Shown: positions 1 to 11,020 of the stretch, one piece after another | How positions within the stretch are numbered: the stretch's first letter is position 1 | Layout of the letters: each line of letters opens with the position of its first letter | NCBI RefSeq assembly: GCF_009914755.1 | Contig: NC_060938.1 | Reading direction: 5' to 3' (one strand) | Source: the human T2T-CHM13v2.0 reference genome, Homo sapiens | Length of the DNA stretch: 64,000 bases | Notes under the pieces: generated by a model | The model's database searches: none | What the model saw: the letters and a program-made list of their open reading frames with translations, nothing else | What the model was told of the DNA's origin: nothing | Position numbers and translations under genes: made by a program

Positions 1-10
1 CCCTGTAAAG

Positions 11-235
11 CAGGGTTCTCTAATCTTTTGGCTTCCCTGGGTCACATTGGAGGAAGAATAATTGTCTTGGGCCACACATAAAATATACTAACACTAACGA
101 TACCTGATGAGCTAAAAAATAAATAGCAAAAAAAACCTTATAGTATTTTTTAAAAGTTTAGGAATTTGCATTGGGCTGCATTCAAAGCTATCCTGAGCCT
201 CATGCAGCCCACAAGCCATGTGCTGGACAAGCTTG
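11..235 (+). mobile_element. MER30 (hAT-Charlie non-autonomous DNA transposon)
   Basis: Matches recalled MER30 consensus from CAGGG..AATCTTTTGGCTTCCCTGGG..CACATTGG through GGACAAGCTTG. Confidence 0.85.
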
Positions 236-461
236 CTAAAAAAGAGTGACTGCTGCTGCTTTATCAATCACAGTGCTAGCTTTGATCTAGTTTTTCCTCC
301 TCCTAGATAAAATTTATTAATATACTCAATCATCCACCCAAATCTTGTAAGTCTTTTCTAACACCTTCACTGAGACACTCCATAACTTACCTCACTGCTA
401 GAGTAACTAACCTGAATTGTTAGTAAACAATAATTAGCTTAACAATGAAGGTAAGACACTA

Positions 462-839
462 CAGGCATGTTGTGTCTCAGGAAATAGGGAGGTCCAGGGA
501 GAGAGACAGATATGGGGAAACTGCTAGTCTGTGGAGCAGTCAGGACACACATATTTATCAATTAAGTGCACTGTATTTTATGGATGTGGTTTATGGTACC
601 CCAAAACAAGTACAATAGTAACATCAAAGATCATTTATCATAAATTACCATAACAGATATAACAATAATGAAAAAGTTTGGAATATTGAGAATTACCAAA
701 ATGTGACATAAAGGCATGAAGTGAGCACATGCTGTTGGAAAAATGGTGCTGATGGACTTGCTTGACACAGGGTTGCTATAAACCTTCAATTTGTAAAAAA
801 TGCAATAGCTGCAAAGCTCAGTAAAATGAGATATGCCTG
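462..839 (-). mobile_element. Tigger1 (TcMar) internally deleted copy
   Basis: Reverse complement matches the Tigger1 5' end (CAGGCATA...TTACAAATTGAAGGTT...CCATTTTTCCAACAGCATGTGCTCACTTC). Left edge reads TA|CAGGCAT. Confidence 0.85.
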
Positions 840-2040
840 TGTAATATCAAATATAGTCTTTCATAACAGTTTAAAAATTTTCAACTACTACCAGACTTTA
901 GTTTTTAAAATAAGATTTACCAGAGTTAGAGTCACATAAATCATGGATTATAAGGATAAAGGTGAATAAAAGAGAATTTCAGATATCACTGTGTTGTCTT
1001 GAGTCATTGTTGCAGAAACATATTATTGTTTCAATACAAACCAGCCTCTCAATATGTGTCTCTCTGATTTCCCTCCCTCCAAGTTTAGACTGAAAGCTCT
1101 AGAAGGACAATAATTGTTGTCTACATTTTTTCCCCAAATCTCCCAGGTTGTTTTAGTATATCCTTAGAGCTATTTGCCTAACTGAACTGTAGGCAGAGCA
1201 AACTTCCATAGTTTTGATTTAAAAAGGCCTTTATCCACAAATCAACACCTTTAGTCTCATCCACACATTGAAATTGGGTTGCATCAGTTATGTTACATTT
1301 GTAGGTGAAGGACAATAATAAAACAGAGAGTCCTTAAAACTATTTGTGGTATGTGTGAAAAAAGGTGATTCTCTTGTCCATCAAAATATTGGTTTTCATT
1401 CATTCTTCTTTATTTACTGAACCTTTATGTAGCATAGAAAGTCCTGTATTTTCTGGAATAAGATCTTCAACACGAGATAGATGTTTTTTAGTTGCTCATA
1501 TATTCACTCATTTCATTTGCATAAAACAAAGTCACAATTAAATGGAAAGACATCTTAGGTTCACAGACTGGAAGACAATATTGTTAAAATGTCAGTCATA
1601 CACAAAGCCATCTATAGGTTCAGTGTAATCCCTACCAAAACCTCAATGACTTTTTTTTAAATAGAAGAACCCATCCTAAAATTCATATGGAATCTCAAGG
1701 GACCCCAAATAGCCAAAACAATCTTCAAAAAGAGCAAAGCTGAAAATCTCACATTTTCTGATTTCATAACTTACTACAAAGCCACAGCAATGAAAACCTT
1801 GTGGAACTGGCATAAAGATGGACATATAAATCAATGGAATAAAATATAGAGCTCAGAAATAAACCCTCACATTACAGGTTCAAATAATTTTTGACAAGGT
1901 TGCTAAGCTCATTCAGTGGGTAAAGAATCTTTCAAAAATGATGGTGTGAAAACTGTATATTCACATGCAAAAGAATGAAGTTGGGTCTATTACTTATACC
2001 TACACAAAAAGTAACCGAAAATGAATTCAAAACCTAAAAC

Positions 2041-2337
2041 GGCCAGGTACAGTGGCTCACGCCTGTAATCCCAGCACTTTGGGAGGCCGAGGCGGGTGGA
2101 TCACGAGGTCAGGAGATCGAGACCATCCTGGCTAACACGGTGAAACCCCGTCTCTACTAAAAATACAAAAAATTAGCCGGGCGTGGTGGCAGGCTCCTGT
2201 AGTCCTAACTTCTCGGGAGGCTGAGACTGGAGAATGGCCAGAAACCCGGGAGGCGGAGCTTACAGTGAGCCGGGATTGTGCCACTGCACTCCAGCCTGGG
2301 CGACAGAGGAAGACTCCGTCTCAATAAAAAAAAAAAA
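2041..2337 (+). mobile_element. AluY
   Basis: Full dimer with AluY diagnostics (GATCACGAGGTCAGGAGATCGAGACCATCCTGGCTAACACGG), A-tail, TSD AAAACCTAA(A/C)AC. Confidence 0.93.
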
Positions 2338-3128
2338 CCTAACACAAGAGCTGAAACTATAACACTCTTAGAAGAAAACATAGGTGAAAAGTTTATGACA
2401 TTGGATTTGTCAATGCTTTACTTCATATATCAAAAGCATAACAACCAAAAAAAATTGAACTTTGAACTTCATTAAAATAAACAAAAATTGTGCATCAAAG
2501 GACCACTATTAACAGTGAAAAGGCAATCCACAGAATGGAAGAAAATATTTGCAAATCATATGTGAGATAAGAGATGAATATTCAGAATATGTAAAGAAGT
2601 ACAACTCAACAATAACAAAATAATTAAAAGTGAACATATGATTTGAATGGACATTTCTCTAAACAAGATGTACAGAAGACCAATAAACATATGAAAAGAT
2701 GTTTAACACCACTAATCATTAGAAATATGCAAATTATAACCACAATGAGATACTACTTCAAACCCATTAGCATGGTTATTATTTTAAAAAAACCAACAAA
2801 CAGAAAATAACGTCTTGGTGAGGATGTGGAGAAATTGGAACCCGTGTGTACTGTTGGTGGGAATGTAAAATGGTGTGGCTACACTGCAAAACATTACGGA
2901 AGTTTCTAAAATAATGAAACATAGAATTATTGTAAAGATCCAGCAATTCCACTTTTGGGTATGTATCCAAAATAACTGAAAGCAGGAACTTGAGCAGATA
3001 TTTGTATACTCATGATCATAGTAACATTACTCACAATATCCAAAATGTAGAAACAATCTAAATGTCTATTAACACACGAATGGATAAACAAAATGTGATA
3101 TATATTATATATTTTTAATATATAATAT

Positions 3129-3264
3129 ATTTAATTGTGACTTTGTTTTTATGCAAATGAAATAAGTGAATTCATGAGCCACTAAAAAACATCTGTCTCA
3201 TGTTGAAGATCTTATTCCAGAAAACACAGGACTTGCTATGCTACATAAAGGTTCAGTAAATAAA
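3129..3264 (-). repeat. Inverted copy of 1409-1543 inserted in a TA-rich tract of the L1
   Basis: Manual alignment to the reverse complement of 1409-1543 gives ~9 differences in ~135 bp. Confidence 0.93.
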
Positions 3265-4118
3265 TATATATATACATATATCACATTGAAGTATCATTTG
3301 ACCTTAAAAAGGAATAAAATTTTTACATGTGCTATAACATGGACAAACCTTGAAACACTGCCTAATTAAAAGAAGCCAGACACAAAAGGACAGATATTGT
3401 ATGATTCCACTGATATGAAGTAGCTAGACTAGCCAAATTCATACAGACAGAAAGTAGGATGGTGGTTGCCAGGGCCTACAGGAGAGGAGAATGTAAGTTA
3501 TTGTTTTAATGGATAGAAAGTTTCAGTTTGGGAAGATGAAAGAAGTTCTGGAGATGGATGGTGGTAATGGTCATACAACATGATTTTACTCAATGCCACT
3601 GAACTGCATGCATATTACAAAAATGATAAATTTTACATATGTTTTACCACAATTAAACAAACAAGCAAACCATAAATAGCCTAATACCTATTAAATTAGC
3701 CTAGTCAACAGACTAATGTAAAGATTTTGAATCCCATAGAATTCCTCAGAATAAAAAGGTTTCACAATAGCAGGTGAAAAGGCAAGTCTTATTCAGACTC
3801 TACTTCATATCAGTGAAGAAGGATGTGTAATCACTGATAACAGCATTTTACAGGTTTGGCTTGAAATACTAGAATTGTCAATTTACACACAAAAACCACA
3901 TTCTACTGTATATACTGTAATGCTGCTGAAGAAAACAGAAATCAAGAGGAGCTTATCATTTTCCTTCTTATTTTAATTGCATGCAATTTTCAGAGCTCTC
4001 ACACATTCCCACAAGAAATGGCTTTTGAATTTATGGATTTATATCTATACTCTTCTTGCACGTTAAAGAAAACAATCAAAACTGTTGCTATCTGAGGAGT
4101 AAAAATGACGGAGGCCAC

Positions 4119-4571
4119 TGATAGAGGCAGGAGGCAGACAAATGCCGAGGCAGGAGGCAGACAAATGCCTAGGCAGACAAGGAAGCATCCCTGGAGAATC
4201 TTCGAGCCACCCCACAAGTGTTTACACCAGACATTTTTTTGTAGACAAAGGAACCTGCATGGGGTCTTTCCTGGGTAGGCCTGCAAGGGACTGGAGGCCC
4301 ATGTGCACTGGAGGAATGGAGTGAAGCCACCAGGAATTAGTGCCTTATGCAGCGTAGGAGCCTGGCCTCTTTAGCTTGTGTGGGGTGGCCTGGTATTCAA
4401 TTTGTGAGGTGGAAACCTGCATGCAGGACCCCTCTCTTTGCTGAGAGCTTTCCTTTCATTTAGTAAATTCTGCCCTTCTCATCCTTCATTGTGTCTGCTT
4501 GCTTAATTTTTCCTGGTCATGAGACAAGAACCAGGATGTAGCTGAACTCAGGAGCAAAAGTTCCTGCATTA
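4119..4571 (+). mobile_element. ERV1 solo LTR, MER61-like
   Basis: TGATAGAGGCAGGAGGCAG start, ...GCTGAACT.AGGAGCAAAA..TCCTGCAT.A end, 4-bp TSD CCAC (4115-4118 / 4572-4575), internal 23-bp tandem duplication at 4124-4169. Confidence 0.75.
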
Positions 4572-4690
4572 CCACTGGGAGAGTTCTTTTCAAGGAAAGG
4601 AAGCTGGTTCTTATTAAAGGGTAAGCTGTGCATACAACCCAGAATGCAGCTGGAAATCTTTGGGTTCTACTCATCTCCAACTGTTAATAC

Positions 4691-6105
4691 TGTGAACAAA
4701 TGAGAATCTAAAAGTGCCAGTTTTTCAAGATGGATCCCAAGTGGCGAACTGAGGCTAAATTCTAAATAGAGCCAAGTTGGCATTTGCTGAGTAGAGGTCA
4801 CACATATATTCTGTGTGGGGAAAAGCAAGAGAGATCAGATTGTTACTGTGTCTGTGTAGAAAGAAGTAGACATAGAAGACTCCATTTTGTTCTGTACTAA
4901 GACAAATTCTTCTGCCTTGAGATTCTATTAATCTATGACCTTACCCCCAACCCCGTGCTCTCTGAAACATGTGCTGTGTCAAACTCAGGGCTAAATGGAT
5001 GAAGGGTTGTGCAAGATGTGCTTTGTTAAACAGATGCTTGAAGGCAGCATGCTCCTTAAGAGTCATCACCACTCCCTAATCTCAAGTACCCAGGGACACA
5101 AACACTGCAGAAGGCCGCAGGGACCTCTGCCTAGGAAAGCCAGGTATTGTCCAAGGTTTCTCCCCATATGATAGTTTGAAATATGGCCTTGTGGGAAGGG
5201 AAAGACCTGACCGTCCCCCAGCCCGACACCCATAAAGGGTCTGTGCTGAGGAGGATTAGTATAAGAGGAAGGCATGCCTCTTGCAGTTGAGACAAGAGGA
5301 AGGCATCTGTCTCCTGCCCGTCCCTGGGCAATGGAATGTCTCGGTATAAAACCCGATTGTACGTTCCATCTACTGAGATAGGGAAAAACCGCCTTAGGGC
5401 TGGAGGTGGGACATGCGGGCAGCAACACTGCTTTGTAAAGCATTGAGATGTTTATGTGTATGCATATCTAAAAGCACAGCACTTGATTCTTTACCTTGTC
5501 TATGATGCAAAGACCTTTGTTCACGTGTTTGTCGGCTGACCCTCTCCCCACTATTGTCTTGTGACCCTGACACATCCCCCTCTCGGAGAAACACCCACAA
5601 ATGATCAGTAAATACTAAGGGAACTCAGAGGCTGGCGGGATCCTCCATATGCTGAACGCTGGTTCCCTGGGTCCCCTTATTTCTTTATCTATACTTTGTC
5701 TCTGTGTCTTTTTCTTTTCCAAGTCTCTCGTTCCACCTAACGAGAAACACCCACAGGTGTGGAGGGGCAACCCACCCCTTCATTCTGAGTTCCCCAAAAA
5801 CCCACAGCTCTCTTTAGGGCTTTCAGAACTTACCTGAACCAACTAATCAGAGCTCAGCTGTGTGAACCAATCACTACTCAGCTAAGTCAACCAACAGGAA
5901 CTAAGCAATTTTGAATCCTTCATTTGCATAAATGGACCTGATTGGGAACCTGGGTAAGAACTTTTGATGTAAAACTTAACCCTCCTTTTGTTCTCTGGAA
6001 CACACCTTCATTTTACCCTAAAGACAGTATCTCCCTGGTTTGCTCACTGTTCACTGGAGTAAAATCTCTTTCCTCCAAATGTCTTTTCAGAGAAATTTTT
6101 TCACA
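4691..6105 (+). mobile_element. ERV1 solo LTR, MER67-like, split by LTR5_Hs
   Basis: TG...CA termini with TSD ATAC on both sides. TCAAGATGGATCCC..GTGGC..ACTG motif, CCAAT-like repeats, ATTTGCAT at 5922. Confidence 0.72.
4814..5782 (+). mobile_element. HERV-K(HML-2) solo LTR, LTR5_Hs-type, full length (969 bp)
   Basis: TGTGGGGAAAAGCAAGAGAGATCAGATTG...CAACCCACCCCTTCA, near-identical to the recalled consensus. TSD TTCTG (4809-4813 / 5783-5787), GGTATAAAA at ~5343. Confidence 0.96.
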
Positions 6106-6882
6106 ATACCATGGTAGATTCTTAGTGTCCAATTTACTTACCCATGAACTCAGAGGTGACTTAAGCAGAAGAGAATACTTGTGTAGTACATGTTAGAAAA
6201 TTAAGTCTTAATAAAGCTTTGTGATGGTGCCCATTTCTGCAGATGTGTAAAAGCAATTATAGAAAACAGTCTGTTGGCACAAATGGCTTTTCTTAGCAAC
6301 TCAGCATCAAACTGGATGGCAAAAACAAACTTTATCTGAAATGAAGGCAGGAACAAGCTTTTGCTAAGGAAAGGAATTGGGACTCTATTTCAGTTGACCA
6401 AACCACCATGACTCTATAGGCCAATCCAAGTCATCCTCTTACCACTTGCAATATGTCTGATGCTACTTTCAGGAGAATAAACCAAAGAAAACGCAAATTA
6501 AATTAATTTTCTAAATTTTTGACTTTTATTTTAAATGCTGTATAATTTTATGTGGGTGTATATTTATTTTGTTCTTCCTCTATGTTATTCCTAGTTACCT
6601 AGTAATTTTTTGATTAAGTTATGTGGGTAGGAAAGATACCCCCCAAAAAGCTATTTGCAATGTAGATAGTACCTGTGTGTGGTATTGTGGAGTCGAAGGG
6701 GAGACATTAGCGTTATACAAATCCTTTATTAAAATTGTTTTCGGGAGGGGAGTTTTGCTTTTAAAAGCAATAATGAGTCCTGAAAACCCTCAGATCCTGA
6801 GGAAAAAATACTATAATTTTGAGAGTATTCTTTATTTTCTGGAAAGAAATTTGCAACATAAATTACCATCTATCATTTAGAA

Positions 6883-7046
6883 TAGTGGTTTTCATTGTTT
6901 CTTATTGTCATAGAATTTAGGAGGCTTAAAAAATACTGGGTATCCTAGGCCCAACCTAAATGTGAATCAGCATCTACAGGCCCCTGACGCTCGGTTTAAA
7001 TAGTTTCCCTAATGATTCTGATGCACACCAAAGCACAAAACCACAG
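6883..7046. mobile_element. MER5-like hAT-Charlie remnant
   Basis: AGTGGTTTTCA start, GAATCAGCATCT, TGATTCTGATGCAC...AAACCAC end; strongly diverged. Confidence 0.55.
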
Positions 7047-8788
7047 ACTGAGGGTGTCTTTGACACTCTGAAACACAGGCAATTTGCATTGCTGTGCAAT
7101 TTTTTTAGTCTAAAGTTGGGTGGAATTTATCTGGTCCTAATTTCTTCTATTGACATCAGTTAGTGTTACCTATAGTGACCAAAGTTCATGAATACATAAA
7201 AATGACAAGGGAGCTGTTGAAACTACCTAAAGAAATTACAAAGCATATTTGTAATTAGAAGTTGTGGACCACTCTGTAACTAAGTAATGAGAACAAAGAA
7301 ACAGATATAACTATTTATCTGCAAGGGTACCAGAGAAATACACTACAGTATATGCTAAATAGAGAACCTTCCACACACAATTTCCACATGCAGATACTAG
7401 GGGCTCTTTGAGGAGCCCAAGTAAAGAGGGAACCTCTTTGTCAAGCATATTTTCTTTAAAGAGGGTGAAAATTTCTGGCAATAACTAAACTATTGACCTT
7501 CCTGAGATTAATTAGGCCTTTTGAGGTAACTGGAAGATATAGGATCTAAACTTTGTCATGTGCTATCCATCAGGAAGACATAGCTTTTTCTTTAGACTAC
7601 CAGCTCTACGTGAACACATATGAAATTAATTCTGCTTCCAATTTTATTCTCTCTATTCCCTTAAGTCTTATTCTTTAAGTAGTTACCAAGCTGACATGGT
7701 TATGTTTGGAACAACAGGCATCTTTACAATTACAGATTTATAATAGAGAGAGAAATAACATGTTAGCACACAAAACTCAACTCCTGGAAAAAGAACTAAG
7801 GCAAGCTTATTTCTCATTTTCCATGTAATGTCTATGACAGAGTCTTAGTGTAAAGAAAACCTAGAAAGTTTTTTGAGGAACAAAATTATTTTGCTTTTCC
7901 CAATGTTAAAAATTTCAAGATCAAAGCTATTGCATTCCTTTATTCTTGCTTTTCTAATTATCAAATATTTGCAAAATGCCAAATTTGGGTTTTTGTTTAT
8001 CACAGGAGATTATTGCACAGTGCAAGGCTAATTCAGTGATCATGGTGCTTCTGCAGCAGCAGTGTTAGTTTTACAGTGATGAAGAAACTGCCCTCAACAT
8101 TAATCCCTTCTTTCTTGCTTCAGTTAGTGTTTTGATTCGGTCTTTAATGAGTCTAGGTCTGACATTGGCAGAGTCAGCACATATTGCTTACTCCACCCAA
8201 CAGAGCAGATTAGGACTATAAATCTCGTGGAATAAACTGCTTGCAAGCATCCTTTGTTTAGATATTTGTTCTGTTGTAACTACAGATGAGCATGCATTCT
8301 GGTTCCTTTATGCTCTGGGGAAATCGCATGTGTCTTTGAGAGGCATTGTCACTCTGAATTAACATTCACTTCCTAGTAAGGCTTTTTTCCCCCCAGATTT
8401 TAATAAATTCCTCAACTCATTATTAGAGAAATTAATTAATATGGTGAAGTCAGATGGAAAGTGTCACCCTTAGCCTCCACACTTTCTATCTAATAAAAAT
8501 CAAGTAAACAGGAAGCTAGAAATCCAGAGTGGTCTCCTAATATGACTGGTTTCTTCGATAAAGTTGATGTTATGTTAATATGGGATCTAACTGTTCTGCT
8601 ACTAACAGATTAGGCACTTAAGTACAGATTATTATAAATTTCTTTTTTTGCAGCGCATTATTTTATACACATGAAGTGTAATGTTTTTATTGGTCTATTT
8701 TATATTATGTTAATCTAGTTCCTTAAAAAATACTTTTTCTTATACTTTCATTTTGTAATTTCATTCTCAATTTCAAATACTCTATCTT

Positions 8789-8815
8789 TGTGTGTGTGTG
8801 TGTGTGTGTGTGTGT
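8789..8815. repeat. (TG)n microsatellite
   Basis: About 13 perfect TG units. Confidence 0.95.
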
Positions 8816-8917
8816 CAGTGTTTGGCTTTGACTTCCAGAATTAGTGAAGACATATTTTTTCCAATTTAGGAATACTATCAGAGTCAACACTTTATCTAAC
8901 ATTAAAAGTGAAGTTCA

Positions 8918-9224
8918 AGCTGAACACAGTGGCTCATGCCTATAATTCCAGCACTTTGGGAGGTTGAGGCAGGAGGATTCCTCAAACTCTGAGCCCAGGA
9001 GTTCAAGACGAGCCTGGGTAACATGGCAAGACCCCATCTCTACAAAAAATAAAAATAATTAGCTGGGCATGGTGGCACGCAAATATGGTCTCAGCTACTT
9101 AGGAGGCTGAGGTGGCCGGATAGTTTGAGCCCAGGTGGTTGAGGCTGCAGTGAGTCATGATCCTGCACTGGATTCCAATCTGGGTGACAGAGCAAGATCC
9201 TGTCTCAAAAAAAAAAAAAAAAAA
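8918..9224 (+). mobile_element. AluJ
   Basis: Diverged dimer with J-type GAGCCCAGGAGTTCAAGAC, A-tail, TSD AAAAG(T/C)GAAGTTCA. Confidence 0.88.
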
Positions 9225-9984
9225 GCGAAGTTCAAATATATGTAGTTCTTAAAAACTTAGCTCAATCAAATGGTAAGTAAGCAGCAACAGTATCCTAAAT
9301 GTACTAAACAGGATATATGTTTGACAATACAATAAACGCTCCATAAATGTTTTTGACATTATTATTATGTATAACATGGGTTACTTAGTCCTTGACCCCA
9401 AATTTTACTCAGCTTCAATTTTATTTCAAACTTGGAAACTTCACCATCATCCATAAAGTTAGGCTGAATCTTCTGTCTCCAGATATAAGTGAATAGGCAC
9501 AGACCTAGGCATAAGCCAAATAAAAACACTACATGTACAGGGTTGAGAATCATTACAATCTCAGTTTTACAGTCTAGAAAAGTACGTGTTGAGGCAGATA
9601 GGCAGAGACACACTCCTGGTGGAGCTCAGATCTTTACTGCTTAGACCAGGGTTTTTCACAACGTATTCCCTACTCCGGTGGTTCCAATGTTTCATGGAAC
9701 ATTAAAGAATGTGTATTTGGGAAACCAGACTAAAACTGAGAAGTTTTTCTTTTCCAAGTAAGTTCATTAGAAAATGTTGTCCACCATCTGCTGTCACCTT
9801 GTTTCACTGAAGCAAGTCAATTTAATGCTGAAAACATAGGACATAATCTCAAAATAAATGACAGTTCTTGAATTGAATAAATTTAGTGCTATGAAAAACA
9901 AATTGCACTGCTCTTACTCTTCCCATTCTCCTGGGGATGGTACTGCTTTTCTGTCCTAAGCTCTGAGATTCAATGTAGTTTTAA

Positions 9985-10190
9985 AAAGAATATAGTATTT
10001 GAAATCATACTGTCCTCAGGTTGAATCTTTGTTCTTCCATGACCCAGTGCAAATCAACTTAACTATTCTGAACTTCTGCTTCTTTGCTTCTATAAAAAAA
10101 AAAAAAAAAAGAAATACCGTAATAAAATCTAGCTGTCAGTTAAGTTGTGCTGAGTAAAATAGAATATTTAAAATACCTGGAACTTTGGCA
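9985..10190 (+). mobile_element. MIR
   Basis: GGTTGAATC...ACTTAACT.TTCTGAAC.TCTG.TT core with an expanded internal A-run. Confidence 0.55.
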
Positions 10191-10249
10191 TGAACAAATA
10201 AAGCCTAGAAAACTAAACAACATTGCTTGTCTTTGCAAAGAGAATAAAA

Positions 10250-11020
10250 AAGAATGTGAAAACTACAAATAACCGAAATTCCATTAATGGAAGAACACGT
10301 GTGTAAATTTTGATATACTCAAACTATGGAAAATCATGTAGCTATTCAAAAAATAAACTGGATTTATATATATTGACCCACAAAGATCTCGATGATTTAG
10401 TTTTCAGTGGAAAAAGCAAGTTGCAAAGTAATATGTATAATATAATCTTATTTTGAAAAGGTATTAAAACAAAACCATGTGCATACGTTTATGTTTGGAG
10501 TATTTGCATAAGCAAGAGAAAAATTTGAGAAAAATATATTCACCCACTACCAACTTCAGCCATTCACGCAAGTTCCACCTTCTCACAATGATGTTTTCTG
10601 ATGGCATCAGTCAAAACTGTTCATGTGCACACATCCCTGTCCTATCACCTTCTATCCGCTTCCCAGTTCGATTTTTCTCCAGAGCTCTTATCATTTCTGA
10701 TATAATATTTATACTTACTCGGTTTGTAATGATCTGTCTTTCCTCACTAAAAAGTAAGCTCCAGAAAAGCAGATGTTTTGTCTGTTTTGTTCCCTGCTAC
10801 GGGCCTGGCAAACAGTGAAGAGTCAGTATGTAACACAATTGTATTGAGTCAATACATAACACAATTGTTGAGGCTGTTGGTCTTAGAAGAGGGCAGTGGT
10901 GGTGGAGAGGGGATAGGCATTTAGTTGACTTTATTTTATACACCCGGCTGTGTTTACATTATGTGAGATGTACAAATTGCTTTTGAAATCTAGGAGAACA
11001 ATATAGCAATGTATTAAAAA
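10250..11020 (+). mobile_element. Old L1ME 3' fragments interrupted by an L2 3' end (~10680-10855)
   Basis: L1ME-like GGAAAAAAGCAAGTTGCAAA..AATATGTATAA and L2-like GTAAGCTCCA...TTTTGTCTGTTTTGTTC.CTGCT. Confidence 0.5.

Larger units (their letters stand above)
1541..3665 (+). mobile_element. L1MB-type LINE-1, 5'-truncated (ORF2 3' part + 3'UTR), interrupted by an AluY and a templated insert
   Basis: ORF2-like sequence (AAATGGAAAGACATC, GATCCAGCAATTCCACTT) and an L1MB-type 3' end (GGAGATGGATGGTGGT...AATGCCACTGAACTG...TTTTACCACAAT). Confidence 0.85.

Noticed and set aside
4250-4285. p53 response element expected in MER61-type LTRs
   Set aside because: The CWWG cores are degraded here (GTCTTTCC, GGGTAGGCC).
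5066-5443. 125-aa ORF on minus strand
   Set aside because: Lies wholly antisense within the LTR5_Hs LTR; no evidence of coding.
9778-9797. CTCF-like motif (CAGCAGATGGTGG on minus)
   Set aside because: Mismatches at key positions; cannot be supported without ChIP data.
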